A stretch of DNA of 64,000 bases from an uncultured Armatimonadia bacterium (GTDB lineage: Bacteria; Armatimonadota; Zipacnadia; CAVVLO01), in contig CAVVLO010000001.1 of assembly GCA_963749155.1 (NCBI GenBank), positions 576,001-640,000 of the forward strand, in the 5' to 3' direction. Each line of letters starts with the position of its first letter. Positions within the stretch are counted from its first letter, which is position 1. Positions 38,798-48,347 of this stretch are shown here, one piece after another. Below the pieces are notes generated by a model. It searched no databases. It saw nothing but the letters and a program-made list of their open reading frames with translations, and was not told the origin of the DNA. The translations under genes were made by a program, and so were the position numbers.

Positions 38798-39425
38798 CGG
38801 CAAGTTGCTTGTGCCGGTGGCTGGTCGGCCACTTGTGGGATGGACTTTCAGAGCTTTGGCCAAATGGACGGCACTTGCTGAAGTAGTGATCGCGGTGCGC
38901 GCCGAAGAAAAAAACGAATTCGAGCAGTTGTGCGCCGAAGAACTTCACGACCTGGACTGGCGCCTCATCGAAGGGGGCGCCACAAGAACCGAATCGGTGG
39001 GCAAGGCAGTCGCCGCTTGCAGGCCCGAGGCTGAGCTGATTGTTATTCACGATGCCGCAAGACCGCTGGTCAGCGTGGCCACCCTTGAGCAAGCCGCAGA
39101 ACTGGCGTTTGAATATGGAGGCGCTGTAGCCTGCCACAGGCCAGCCGACGCCTTGCGTATGGTAGATGCCGAGGGCTTTATGACAGGCACTCTCGACCGA
39201 GACTCAGTGCGTGCGGTGCAGACCCCTCAGGCCTTCCGGGCTGTGGCGATTAGAGAAGCCTACGCTGAAGCGCTGGCGTCCGGCCAGGAAGCCCACGATG
39301 ATGCCGAGTTGCTTTTTACCCGAGGCTGCAAGGTAAAGCTTTTCAACTCGAGCGAACCCAATCCCAAAGTCACCTATCCTGAAGATTTTGAGTTGCTGGC
39401 CAGGCTGCTCGAGGTGCGCCAATGA
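38733..39425 (+). CDS. ispD: 2-C-methyl-D-erythritol 4-phosphate cytidylyltransferase
   Basis: PAAGQGSR, GGATRTES, IHDAARP, QTPQAF and KVTYPED. Confidence 0.95.
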   Translation: MPSKISAVIPAAGQGSRAGNNNGKLLVPVAGRPLVGWTFRALAKWTALAEVVIAVRAEEKNEFEQLCAEELHDLDWRLIEGGATRTESVGKAVAACRPEAELIVIHDAARPLVSVATLEQAAELAFEYGGAVACHRPADALRMVDAEGFMTGTLDRDSVRAVQTPQAFRAVAIREAYAEALASGQEAHDDAELLFTRGCKVKLFNSSEPNPKVTYPEDFELLARLLEVRQ

Positions 39426-39931
39426 GTGGGATTCTACCCTTCAGACTAGGCATCGGCGATGACTTGCACCGGCTTGAAGTCGGTCGTAGACTGATATTAG
39501 GAGGGATTGAGATTCCCTTCGAGAAGGGCCTTGCAGGTCACTCGGATGCCGATGTATTGATCCACGCGGTTATCGATGCGCTAACAGGAGCAGCAGGTCT
39601 GCCCGATATCGGCCAGCTTTTTCCTGACACGGAAGCCAGGTGGAAAGACGCCAGTAGCGCAACTTTGCTTGAGCTGGTAGTCAAACAAGTAGAGGAAGCA
39701 GGTTTCAGACCTGCCCAGGTGGAAGTCATAATTCACGCCCAGGCGCCGAAGCTTGCTCCTTATAAAAAGGCGATATGCGAGCGGATGGCCGACTTGCTTG
39801 GGATAAAAGAGGAAGACTTCAACGTTAAAGCCAAGACAGGAGAAGGCCTTGGCGAAGTGGGACGAGGCGAGGTGATAAGCGCTCAAGCGCTGTGTGTAGT
39901 TGTCCGGGACTGCCAGCACGATGCAGACTAA
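39422..39931 (+). CDS. ispF: 2-C-methyl-D-erythritol 2,4-cyclodiphosphate synthase
   Basis: DLH, GHSDADVLIHA, DIGQLFPD and NVKAKTGEGLG. Confidence 0.97.
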   Translation: MSGILPFRLGIGDDLHRLEVGRRLILGGIEIPFEKGLAGHSDADVLIHAVIDALTGAAGLPDIGQLFPDTEARWKDASSATLLELVVKQVEEAGFRPAQVEVIIHAQAPKLAPYKKAICERMADLLGIKEEDFNVKAKTGEGLGEVGRGEVISAQALCVVVRDCQHDAD

Positions 39932-39945
39932 TTGGGGGTGACGGG

Positions 39946-40482
39946 ATGGAGATCCAATATATTACAAAAGATTTCAACCTGACTCCGATGTACGAGGAAT
40001 ACGCGACCAAACGCCTCACTCGACTCGAGCGCTATGCGCTTGGAGAAGACGTCGAGGCTACCGCCCACATCCGGGAAACCCGAGGAAGGGTTTTGCTGGA
40101 GGTAACCTTCCTGCTGAAGGGGCGCACTTTTCGCGCCGAAGATGCCGCCGATGATTTGCGCTCCGCCGTCGACCTGGTCAGCGAGAAGCTCGAGAGGCAA
40201 CTCACAAAACTCAAGACCAGGCTGAAGCGTCACAAGGGGGGCATCCGTCATCTGGAAGAGGACCAGGAGGAGCCAGAAGAGGCCATCGAGGAGCGAGTCG
40301 AAGAACTGACTCCGCTCCGAGTCAAGCAGCTCGCGCTGGTGCCCCTGGACATCCAGAGTGCTATCGAAGCGATGGAGCAGGTGGACCACGATTTCTACGT
40401 TTTTCGCAATGCGGAAAACAGCAAAGTGAGCGTGGTGTATAAGCGTCGCGGCGGGGGATATGGTTTAATAGAGACAGACTAG
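39946..40482 (+). CDS. hpf: Long-form ribosome hibernation promoting factor
   Basis: AVDLVSEKLERQL and C-terminal HDFYVFRN...VVYKRRGGGYGLIE. Confidence 0.94.
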   Translation: MEIQYITKDFNLTPMYEEYATKRLTRLERYALGEDVEATAHIRETRGRVLLEVTFLLKGRTFRAEDAADDLRSAVDLVSEKLERQLTKLKTRLKRHKGGIRHLEEDQEEPEEAIEERVEELTPLRVKQLALVPLDIQSAIEAMEQVDHDFYVFRNAENSKVSVVYKRRGGGYGLIETD

Positions 40483-40500
40483 GCCCACCTCGGACGTGAG

Positions 40501-40854
40501 GTGCAGATGGCGCGCGATATCGAGTGGCTCAAGGCTGAGGTGCTCAAAGAGTTCGGTGAGGACCTCAGCCGGGCTACTCCTGCGAATGTGCGACAGTTTT
40601 GCTTGCGGCTTTCGCAGGAGCTAGAACCACCCCACGAGCCTGGCGAACCTTGGGAACTGGATACCTTGCACCGGGACAAGGGGTATGTGGATTCGCTCCA
40701 GAGCTTCTACCGAGAGGTGCTGGATTTGCCTCCGGAGCAGGCTGTGGTGCATCTTTGGCTGCGCTGTGTGGAACTTGATTTCGTCACTGCGGCCGATGCG
40801 ATGAAAGACTATTATGTCAGGTATTTTGGCGACCAGGAGCTAGACGAAGACTGA
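40501..40854 (+). CDS. Hypothetical acidic cytoplasmic protein
   Basis: Fills the gap between hpf and tatA in the operon with normal codon usage; no motif recognised. Confidence 0.65.
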   Translation: MQMARDIEWLKAEVLKEFGEDLSRATPANVRQFCLRLSQELEPPHEPGEPWELDTLHRDKGYVDSLQSFYREVLDLPPEQAVVHLWLRCVELDFVTAADAMKDYYVRYFGDQELDED

Positions 40855-40870
40855 GTCGCTAATTCGGAGG

Positions 40871-41083
40871 TTGGAACTCTTGTTAGGTTCACTTGGTTGG
40901 TCAGAGATAGTATGGATTCTTATCATAATCTTGTTGCTGTTTGGAGCGAAGAAGCTGCCGGAGCTCGGTCATTCGCTTGGAAGAGGGATGAGAGAGTTCA
41001 AAGATGGCATCTCGGGGCTTACGAAAGATGAGCCTGTGTCGCCCCCGGCGAGCAAGCCTGAGGAAGAGAAGAAGGAGGAATAA
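40871..41083 (+). CDS. tatA: Twin-arginine translocase TatA
   Basis: LLLFGAKKLPELGHSLGRGMREFK; GGAGG SD before TTG. Confidence 0.95.
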   Translation: MELLLGSLGWSEIVWILIIILLLFGAKKLPELGHSLGRGMREFKDGISGLTKDEPVSPPASKPEEEKKEE

Positions 41084-41084
41084 A

Positions 41085-41627
41085 ATGCGCAAGTTGCTTT
41101 CAATAACAATAATCTTGGCGTTGGTCATCGCCGCTTTAGCGCTGGCCAGCGAGACAAATTTGAAAAAAATGTTGCCGACCAATAACGCAATCAGCGGTTG
41201 GGCTGGTATCGCAGAAACTTATATCTACGCCCCCACCGGGCCTTCGATTGTGGATATCTATGATGGCGATGATCAGCGTTACCGGACGCGCGGGGTCGTA
41301 GAGGCCGCGACCAAGACCTATCAAAAGGGTGAGAACTCTACCCTGCAGGTTTTCGTCCATAGAACTGGCACCTGGCAAAACGCCAAGAGCCTGTATGTCC
41401 ACTTCAGGGACAGGACGCCCGATAGCGCTTCGGAAAAGAAGATCGAAGCCAAGAACGACGCCTATCTCTATTATATGCCTGGCCTCACTCAGGCCTATGG
41501 CTGGCGAGGGAAGTACTTCTATTCCTGCAAGACTTATGGTAATTCCGCTGCGGATCGTCAGGCAGCTGAAGCCTTTATCAAGAAGATTGCCCGCGAGGCT
41601 GACAAGCTCGTTCGGCAGGGCCTGTAA
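41085..41627 (+). CDS. Secreted hypothetical protein (possibly DUF6599-like)
   Basis: Signal peptide MRKLLSITIILALVIAALALA; AGGAGG SD; family guess is tentative. Confidence 0.7.
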   Translation: MRKLLSITIILALVIAALALASETNLKKMLPTNNAISGWAGIAETYIYAPTGPSIVDIYDGDDQRYRTRGVVEAATKTYQKGENSTLQVFVHRTGTWQNAKSLYVHFRDRTPDSASEKKIEAKNDAYLYYMPGLTQAYGWRGKYFYSCKTYGNSAADRQAAEAFIKKIAREADKLVRQGL

Positions 41628-41656
41628 GTTTCGGCTGGCCCAGGAGTTGATGGGCC

Positions 41657-42145
41657 GTGCGCCGTATGTCGGTAAAGAATGTAGTCGTTGATCCAAACTC
41701 GCAACAGCCAGTTGTGTTGCTGGCGGATGAGCTAGGCAGGTATATGTTGCCTATAGTCGTCGGCGGCGCGGAGGCAATGGCTATCTCAATGCAACTGGAG
41801 GGGACATCTTATCCTCGTCCCCTCACCCACGACCTTATGAAGACGCTGCTCGAAGCCTCTCTTACCGCCGTAGAACAGGTCGTGGTCTGTGATCTGCAGG
41901 ATTCAGTCTTCTATGCCAGAGTCTATCTCGCCACCAAAGAAGGCCAGGTAGCAGTCGATGCGCGCCCAAGTGATGCAATTGCTTTGGCGCTGCGCATACC
42001 TTGTCCCATCCTCTGCGAAGACCAGGTGCTGGAAGCCGCCGGAATTGACCTGACCGAGCTTCAGGACGTACTTGATGAGGAAGGCGAACTGGACGACAGG
42101 TTCAAACAGATAATGGATTCACTTGAACTACCCCCACCCGAGTAG
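41657..42145 (+). CDS. Bifunctional nuclease family (DUF151) protein
   Basis: LPIVVG..EA, PRPLTHDL and DARPSDAIALALR. Confidence 0.93.
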   Translation: MRRMSVKNVVVDPNSQQPVVLLADELGRYMLPIVVGGAEAMAISMQLEGTSYPRPLTHDLMKTLLEASLTAVEQVVVCDLQDSVFYARVYLATKEGQVAVDARPSDAIALALRIPCPILCEDQVLEAAGIDLTELQDVLDEEGELDDRFKQIMDSLELPPPE

Positions 42146-42170
42146 CTGCGCCCTACACTGACTCAAGGAC

Positions 42171-43148
42171 GTGAAGCTGATGGTCGAGAGCAAAGAAGAA
42201 CTTGTTCGCCAGACCCACCAGGCGGTCGCCGAGGTAGAAAAAGTAATAGTAGGCAAGCAGAGGCTTGTCCAGTTGGTGTTCTGCTGCCTGCTGGCTGATG
42301 GGCACGCTCTGCTGGACGATGTGCCGGGCGTTGGCAAGACGATGCTGGCGCGCGCGATTGCTGGTTCTCTGGGCTGCAAATTTACGCGGGTGCAGGCTAC
42401 GCCTGACCTGCTGCCCTCGGATGTCACAGGGTCATCTATCTTCAACCAGCTAACTCAGGAGTTCGAGTTCAAGCCTGGACCGGTCTTCACGAATATTCTG
42501 CTTGTAGACGAGATAAACCGCGCCACACCGAAGACTCAGTCGTCGTTACTCGAGTGTATGGGTGAAGGCCAGGTCTCGGCTGACAAGATAACTTACGAAC
42601 TGCCCAAGCCGTTTTTTGTCATCGCGACGGACAATCCAATAGAGCATCATGGGGTCTTCCCCCTGCCGGTTGCCCAACTCGACAGATTCACGATGAAGCT
42701 GTCCTTGGGCTATCCAGGGCGTAAAGATGAAGTCAAGATGCTGACCAGTCAGCGGCTGGAGCATCCCATTAGTCAGGTAGAGGCCAGGCTGGACTCGGAT
42801 CGAGTGATAGAACTGCAGCGGCATGTGCGCGAGGTGTTCGTTGATCCGACCCTCGATGCTTATGTGGTTAGCCTGACGGGCGCGACCCGCTCTGACAGCA
42901 GGCTGACAATAGGCGCAAGCCCGCGCGGATCCATCTCGCTGATACGCACCTCTCAGGCTTTGGCGCTGCTTACCGGGCGCGATTATGTCCTGCCAGAGGA
43001 TATCAAAGCAGTGGCGCCCTATGTGCTGGTACACCGGCTGGTGGCTTCGCCTGAAGCCAGAGCCAGACAAATGACCGAGGCGGACATCATCACGAGCTTG
43101 CTCACTGAGGTGCCTGCTCCACCGGTCCAGCGCGTGATGCCTGCTTGA
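42171..43148 (+). CDS. MoxR family AAA+ ATPase
   Basis: DVPGVGKT, TPDLLPSD, DEINRATPKTQS and LDRF. Confidence 0.95.
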   Translation: MKLMVESKEELVRQTHQAVAEVEKVIVGKQRLVQLVFCCLLADGHALLDDVPGVGKTMLARAIAGSLGCKFTRVQATPDLLPSDVTGSSIFNQLTQEFEFKPGPVFTNILLVDEINRATPKTQSSLLECMGEGQVSADKITYELPKPFFVIATDNPIEHHGVFPLPVAQLDRFTMKLSLGYPGRKDEVKMLTSQRLEHPISQVEARLDSDRVIELQRHVREVFVDPTLDAYVVSLTGATRSDSRLTIGASPRGSISLIRTSQALALLTGRDYVLPEDIKAVAPYVLVHRLVASPEARARQMTEADIITSLLTEVPAPPVQRVMPA

Positions 43149-44416
43149 GCATAAAGCGCATAACGTTGCTCGTTTTCATAATCTGCCTCATAAGTGTGAG
43201 CTTCATAATCAAGCTCCCGCAGATATTTTTCGTCGCCGCGGTCTTTATGGGCCTGTTTCTGTCGAGCTGGCTCTGGGCCAGATTCTCGACCTTAGGCCTT
43301 GTAGGTACGCGCGGGGGCGGGGCGGTAGTGAAGGAAGACGAGTCCTTGCGCTTATGGGCAAAGCTGGAGAATCGCTCTCGCCTGCCCAAGGCAGCCCTTG
43401 AGGTGCTGGATGTCCTGCCTCGTTGGCTGGTGCGACCAGGCTTGCCTGAAGAGGCTGCTCCCCTGGATGAGTTTGGTGGGGTACCGGTGGCCTATGTGCC
43501 TTTCCTGATGCCAGGCCGAGATATCCAGGTCGGTTATGAGGTGCTGGCGCTGAAGCGAGGCAACTACACGCTCGGGCCGCTCTCTCTGCGAGGCACCGAC
43601 CCAGTTGGGCTGTTCGAACGCATCGTGCAGTCTAACCGGTTTGTCGAGGTAACTGTGTTGCCCGCACTTTTCGAATCACCTGCCATCCAGTTCGGCGCTG
43701 GGCCAATGGCAGCAACGCGCACCAGTTATGCTCCGGCGCTCTCCAATGACAGTTCTGAAGTCTACGGAGTACGCCAGTACAGCCCAGGCGACAGCCTAAG
43801 GTTCGTCCACTGGCGGGCGACGGCACGGACTGGCAAAATGTCTGTACTGCAGTTTGAAAGGCCTGTCAGTGACGATCTGGCGCTGGTTTTTGACCTTGGC
43901 GCCGGGCGTGATTATGGTGAGGGGCGGGAATCCAGCCTGGAATACGCTATCAAGATTGGCGGCTCTATCGCCAAGAAAGCCCTCGAGACAGGCGCCATCG
44001 TCCAGCTTGCGGTGCTGAAGGACGATCAGCCTACGGTATTGACTTTCAAAGGCGCCCAGGCGGGTTTCGACCTGATGAAGGCGCTTTCCGGGCTGGAAAG
44101 TAATTCGACGATGCCCTTCCAGCATTTCTGCCAGGGCCTGCTGGGGCAACTGGAGAGTGGAATTGGGGTGCTGCTCTTTACTGTCGAACAGGCGGCTGAC
44201 ACCCTGGGCGCGGCCAGAGCCCTTTCGGGAGCAAGTCACTCTCTGATTACGTTTGTTATGAGGAGAGACAGCTTTACCGGGCGTCGTACCGTGAGCGAGC
44301 AAGCGGCTTATGAGCAACTGGAGGCCTCCATGCGCCAGTATTCAGAAGCTACGATTGAGGTTTCTCAGGGGGACAACTTGCGCGAGGTGGTGAACCAGCT
44401 TGGCAGCCTGGGCTGA
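43145..44416 (+). CDS. DUF58 (vWA-like) membrane protein
   Basis: RGNY.LGP, DPVGLF and VRQYSPGDSLRFVHWRATAR; follows moxR. Confidence 0.9.
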   Translation: MSIKRITLLVFIICLISVSFIIKLPQIFFVAAVFMGLFLSSWLWARFSTLGLVGTRGGGAVVKEDESLRLWAKLENRSRLPKAALEVLDVLPRWLVRPGLPEEAAPLDEFGGVPVAYVPFLMPGRDIQVGYEVLALKRGNYTLGPLSLRGTDPVGLFERIVQSNRFVEVTVLPALFESPAIQFGAGPMAATRTSYAPALSNDSSEVYGVRQYSPGDSLRFVHWRATARTGKMSVLQFERPVSDDLALVFDLGAGRDYGEGRESSLEYAIKIGGSIAKKALETGAIVQLAVLKDDQPTVLTFKGAQAGFDLMKALSGLESNSTMPFQHFCQGLLGQLESGIGVLLFTVEQAADTLGAARALSGASHSLITFVMRRDSFTGRRTVSEQAAYEQLEASMRQYSEATIEVSQGDNLREVVNQLGSLG

Positions 44417-46547
44417 CAACCCGACCAGGCCAGTGGCGGATCCGGCCCTTTGGAATGTAAGGGCCATACTCTATATTGCCGGATTTTTCTGCTGTGTAAT
44501 GGTAGCTTTGGCGACCGCAACGGCGGCTGGCACTGCAAGTTTTGGCCTGTTTACTATCGCCCTGTTCGGGCTTGCCTTCTCACTTAGCTATCGACTGAGA
44601 CTCAGAGGCGTGACAATGGAAAAAGCCGCCTCTGCGTCCCTGATTATCGCGCCTCTTGCGATAGCCATACTGGCGGTCGGTTTCCAGCAAGCCTGGCCCT
44701 TGTTGCTGCCCCCCCAAACTCCAGGACCTGACGCAATTCTGATGCTCTTTATGATGTGGGGGATGCTCATCTATTGTTGTTTCCTTGTCACCGACGCGAT
44801 GGTGCTCTTCGTGCTGGTGCCGGGGCTTGCAGTGCTTGGTCTCTCCGCCACCATAGATATCAATACGCCGGTCTTCGTGTATTTTATGGGCTTCCTTTTC
44901 TCGGGCATCTTCCTGATGTTCTGGGAGAACGCCCTGCATGGGATAACCGTGCTAGTGCGCTCTTCGAAGCAAGGCGAGGCGCGCAAGCGCGCGGTCAACA
45001 CTTTGCTGCTCATCTCGCTTGCGAGTTTTGCCATCACCCTGGCGCTAGCCTTCCCCATAATGCTGCTGCTGCAGGCAATGCTGCCGCGAGTAAATCTGCT
45101 GAGCCTGGCCCAGCAGAACGCGCCAGGTTTCTACAACTTCAGTTCAAGCTTCGCGGGATTCTACGATAATGCCTGGGTAGGCACTGGTCCTGTAGGCCAA
45201 AGTGACACCCCCGTGATGAAGGTCCGGTGTGATGAGCCACTGCTTTGGCGAGGGAAAATCTACAACGAATTTACTGGTCAGATGTGGCGAGTCCATCGCG
45301 ATTTCTTTTTAAGAACCGCCATCTATAACAAGGAGATGACCTCCCTGACCAGCGAGGAGCTTGGGATTGTCGCTCCTGCGAAGGCCACCAGACACACCCA
45401 GTGGATAGAGCCACAAATCCAGCTCCCCTCGCTGTTATTTGCGGCCAACAGGCCAGTTGAAGCGGGCTTCCATTCCAGGCGATATGACAAGCTGTCTGTG
45501 CGCATCTCGATGGAAGGAATGGTACAACTGGTGTTTATGCCCCCTGTGGGCAATGCCTTTGAGGTGATCTCCGCGGTGCCAGACGAGGAGGCCGCCAAGC
45601 CTTACAAAGGCATCAAGGCAAGTGATGGCTATGAACGTATGTGGCTGCAACTACCTCCCTCCTCCCAGGTTTTGAAGCCGCTCGCCCAGCAGGTGGCTGC
45701 GGGCGGTAAAACGCGCTATGAGAAAATCAAATTGCTGCAGGAATACCTGGAGAAAAACTTCCTTTACAACTTGCGCGCCAGGGCAACTCCTTATGGGCAG
45801 GATGCAGCGGTTTTCTTCCTCACGGATTCGAAACAAGGGGTCTGCGATGCGTTTGCCACTTCGCTAGTGGTACTGGCGCGCAATCTGGAGATACCAGCGC
45901 GCTTCGTGACAGGTTTTGCCACGGGAGATGCCCAGGAGGATGGCACTTTCCTGGTGCGCGAGAAGCACGCGCATGCCTGGGCTGAGGTCCATTTCCCGGG
46001 AGTTGGCTGGGTCACTTTTGACCCCTCGGCTTTGGAAGAGGTCGATAATCCACTCCCCTTTGCCTCACTGGAAGAATTGATGACCAAACTGCGTAAAATC
46101 GGAGTTTTGGTACGCCAGAATCTGATCTTCCTGTCACTTTGCGTGGTAGGGTTATTCCTTATATATTCCACCCTCTTGCATGCGATGGGAGATAAAGGAC
46201 AGGCCAATGGCCCCGAGATGCGCGAACTTGCTACCAGACCTGAGAAGCAGGTCATAAACAGCTACAGTCGAGCGCTGGGCCAATTGCGCGAGTTGGGCCT
46301 GCAAAGGCAGGCAAGCGAGGGGGCACAGGAATTCGCCAGCAGGGCCGCAATGCGCCTTAGATACCTGCCAGGCGATCTGCTGGACCCGTTCGAGCAGCTA
46401 ACCAGGCTTTACAACCAGGCCAGATTCGGGCCACACACAGTGGGGGAGGCGGAGGTGGAGAGTGCTGCCCAACTGGCCGCGCGCCTTATGAAAGGAGTGC
46501 CGGCAGATGAGCGCAAAATCTCCAAACGACCGCCCAGACCAAGCTAG
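44400..46547 (+). CDS. Membrane transglutaminase-like protein (TgpA-like) with DUF4129-like tail
   Basis: Multi-TM N-terminus, GVCDAFAT, IPARFVTGF, HAWAEV and FDP triad motifs; LTRLYNQARFG. Confidence 0.9.
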   Translation: MAAWADNPTRPVADPALWNVRAILYIAGFFCCVMVALATATAAGTASFGLFTIALFGLAFSLSYRLRLRGVTMEKAASASLIIAPLAIAILAVGFQQAWPLLLPPQTPGPDAILMLFMMWGMLIYCCFLVTDAMVLFVLVPGLAVLGLSATIDINTPVFVYFMGFLFSGIFLMFWENALHGITVLVRSSKQGEARKRAVNTLLLISLASFAITLALAFPIMLLLQAMLPRVNLLSLAQQNAPGFYNFSSSFAGFYDNAWVGTGPVGQSDTPVMKVRCDEPLLWRGKIYNEFTGQMWRVHRDFFLRTAIYNKEMTSLTSEELGIVAPAKATRHTQWIEPQIQLPSLLFAANRPVEAGFHSRRYDKLSVRISMEGMVQLVFMPPVGNAFEVISAVPDEEAAKPYKGIKASDGYERMWLQLPPSSQVLKPLAQQVAAGGKTRYEKIKLLQEYLEKNFLYNLRARATPYGQDAAVFFLTDSKQGVCDAFATSLVVLARNLEIPARFVTGFATGDAQEDGTFLVREKHAHAWAEVHFPGVGWVTFDPSALEEVDNPLPFASLEELMTKLRKIGVLVRQNLIFLSLCVVGLFLIYSTLLHAMGDKGQANGPEMRELATRPEKQVINSYSRALGQLRELGLQRQASEGAQEFASRAAMRLRYLPGDLLDPFEQLTRLYNQARFGPHTVGEAEVESAAQLAARLMKGVPADERKISKRPPRPS

Positions 46548-47883
46548 CCCGAGAGCCGGTTTCGGCCAGGTTGATATCTCGCCGCCCCTTGGTATCGAGT
46601 TGGCGGGGTATTTCGAGCCTCGCTATGCCGAAGCAATCCACGATCCCCTGGAAGCAACTTGCCTGCTGCTTGAAGCAGGTGATGGCTCGCGGCTGGCCTT
46701 GGTCTCACTTGACCTCATAGCGCTAACTCCCGCTGATGCTCTGGCTTGTCGCCAGGCGCTGGCCGAGGCTACCAAGACCCCTGTGGAGAGCTGTCTGGTG
46801 CATTGCACCCACACCCATCTTGGGCCTTCGACCATCCAGGTCTTTGGCGGGGGGAGTGAGGCCGCCTATGTGAGCGGCCTGCCAGCAGCGGTCGCTAAAG
46901 CAGGACTCGAAGCTGTGGCCACTTTGCGCCCAGTCGAGTTGAAAGTCGGCAGACGCGCGGCGCCAGGACTGGCTTTCAACCGCAGGCACTGGGTGGAAGC
47001 AGGCCATGTCGAGATGAACTGGGGGGGCCGGCTGCCCGATATGACTGGCCCGGCAGGCCCTGAAGACGACGAACTGCTTGCTCTTTTCTGCCTGGAGGAG
47101 GGCAAACCGGCTTTCGCTTTGCTCAACTTTTCCTGTCATGAGGACTCGATCGGGGGCAGTAAGGTCTCTGCGGGTTGGCCAGGTTTCGCCAGACGCTATT
47201 TCGAAGAGCTATATCCAGGCTCTAGAGCGCTGACTCTGGTAGGTTTCTGCGGCGATATCAATCATCTCGACCTGGCGCTGCCCGCTACTTCACCCCTGAG
47301 GACTGGTTTCCACATCGCCAGGACGATTGGCCAGGGACTGGCAAGCACCGCCTCACTAGCCCTGCGCACCGCGGTTGATGTGGACCTCCCAAGCCTGGCC
47401 GGGCTGGCTGAGCCGGTTAGCTGCCAGGTGCGGAAACCCGAGGCTGAGAAGCTGGCCAGGGCCCGGAAGTTGCTTTGCCGAGAAGGCTCTCCAGACCTGG
47501 ATCCAGCTAAGGTTGAAGCCGCCAAGCGTGAAAACAACTGGGAAACTACCTTCCTCATCGAAGCCCTCCATCTGGCCGAATATCCGGATGCGGTCGACGT
47601 GCCATTAGGGGTGGCAGGAGGAGGCGCGCTCGGTTTCGCGGGTTTCGGAGGCGAGACCTTTGTAGAGTTCCAGCTTGCGCTCAAGCGCCACTCGCCCTAT
47701 GCCCATACGTTTTGTGTCAATCTGGCTAACGGCTGGGAGGGCTATATCCCAACGCGCCACGCTTTCGCCGAGGGAGGCTACGAGGTGCAACTGGCTCGCA
47801 GCAGCAAACTGGCGCCCGAGGCCGGCGATCTGCTATTGGATGCAGCGCTTTTGCGACTCTTCGCACTGAAGGGGAGACAGTAA
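46507..47883 (+). CDS. Neutral/alkaline ceramidase-like metallohydrolase of unknown substrate
   Basis: DISPP, IHDPL, THTHLGP, FNRR, NFSCH, GDIN and GYIPT...GGYE motifs. Confidence 0.7.
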   Translation: MSAKSPNDRPDQASPRAGFGQVDISPPLGIELAGYFEPRYAEAIHDPLEATCLLLEAGDGSRLALVSLDLIALTPADALACRQALAEATKTPVESCLVHCTHTHLGPSTIQVFGGGSEAAYVSGLPAAVAKAGLEAVATLRPVELKVGRRAAPGLAFNRRHWVEAGHVEMNWGGRLPDMTGPAGPEDDELLALFCLEEGKPAFALLNFSCHEDSIGGSKVSAGWPGFARRYFEELYPGSRALTLVGFCGDINHLDLALPATSPLRTGFHIARTIGQGLASTASLALRTAVDVDLPSLAGLAEPVSCQVRKPEAEKLARARKLLCREGSPDLDPAKVEAAKRENNWETTFLIEALHLAEYPDAVDVPLGVAGGGALGFAGFGGETFVEFQLALKRHSPYAHTFCVNLANGWEGYIPTRHAFAEGGYEVQLARSSKLAPEAGDLLLDAALLRLFALKGRQ

Positions 47884-48194
47884 TGGCTCTGATGGATATC
47901 TCGGTGGTGCCAGTAGGCACAGGCTCTACCAGTGTGTCAGCCTATGTGGCTGAGGCGCAACGTGTGCTGGCTGCCTCTGGCCTGGAATACCAGCTTACGC
48001 CGATGGCAACTGTGGTCGAAGGTCCGCTGCCCGAGCTGCTTGCGCTGGTCGCAAAACTACACGAGGCGATGGCGGCCGCCGGGGTAGACCGACTGGTGAC
48101 TACTATCCGCCTCGATGACCGCAGAGACAAGCCTGGCACGATGAGGGGCAAACTGGACTCTGTAAAAGCCCATCTACAGAAGGAGCACCAATGA
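47883..48194 (+). CDS. MTH1187 family thiamine-binding protein
   Basis: SVVPVGTGSTSVSAYVA, LTPMATVVEG and DDRRDK. Confidence 0.92.
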   Translation: MALMDISVVPVGTGSTSVSAYVAEAQRVLAASGLEYQLTPMATVVEGPLPELLALVAKLHEAMAAAGVDRLVTTIRLDDRRDKPGTMRGKLDSVKAHLQKEHQ

Positions 48195-48337
48195 ATCGCC
48201 CCCTAAGAAGGCTATTGCTTGCCGCTCTTGCCCTCGTCGGCGGGGCAGGGATTGTCCTGGGACTGCTCAACGACCATTGGGGGCAGACAGTTAGCAATGC
48301 CACGATGATCTGTCTTTCCTGCATAGGGATCCAGTGA
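48191..48337 (+). CDS. 48-aa single-TM CXXC protein (CD1871A-like), not in the ORF track
   Basis: Hand translation MNRPLRRLLLAALALVGGAGIVLGLLNDHWGQTVSNATMICLSCIGIQ; AAGGAG SD; ATGA overlap with the upstream stop. Confidence 0.85.
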   Translation: MNRPLRRLLLAALALVGGAGIVLGLLNDHWGQTVSNATMICLSCIGIQ

Positions 48338-48347
48338 GGAGGCGTCT

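Noticed and set aside
42171..46547. MoxR-DUF58-transglutaminase as a novel system
   Set aside because: This is a well-known conserved triad.
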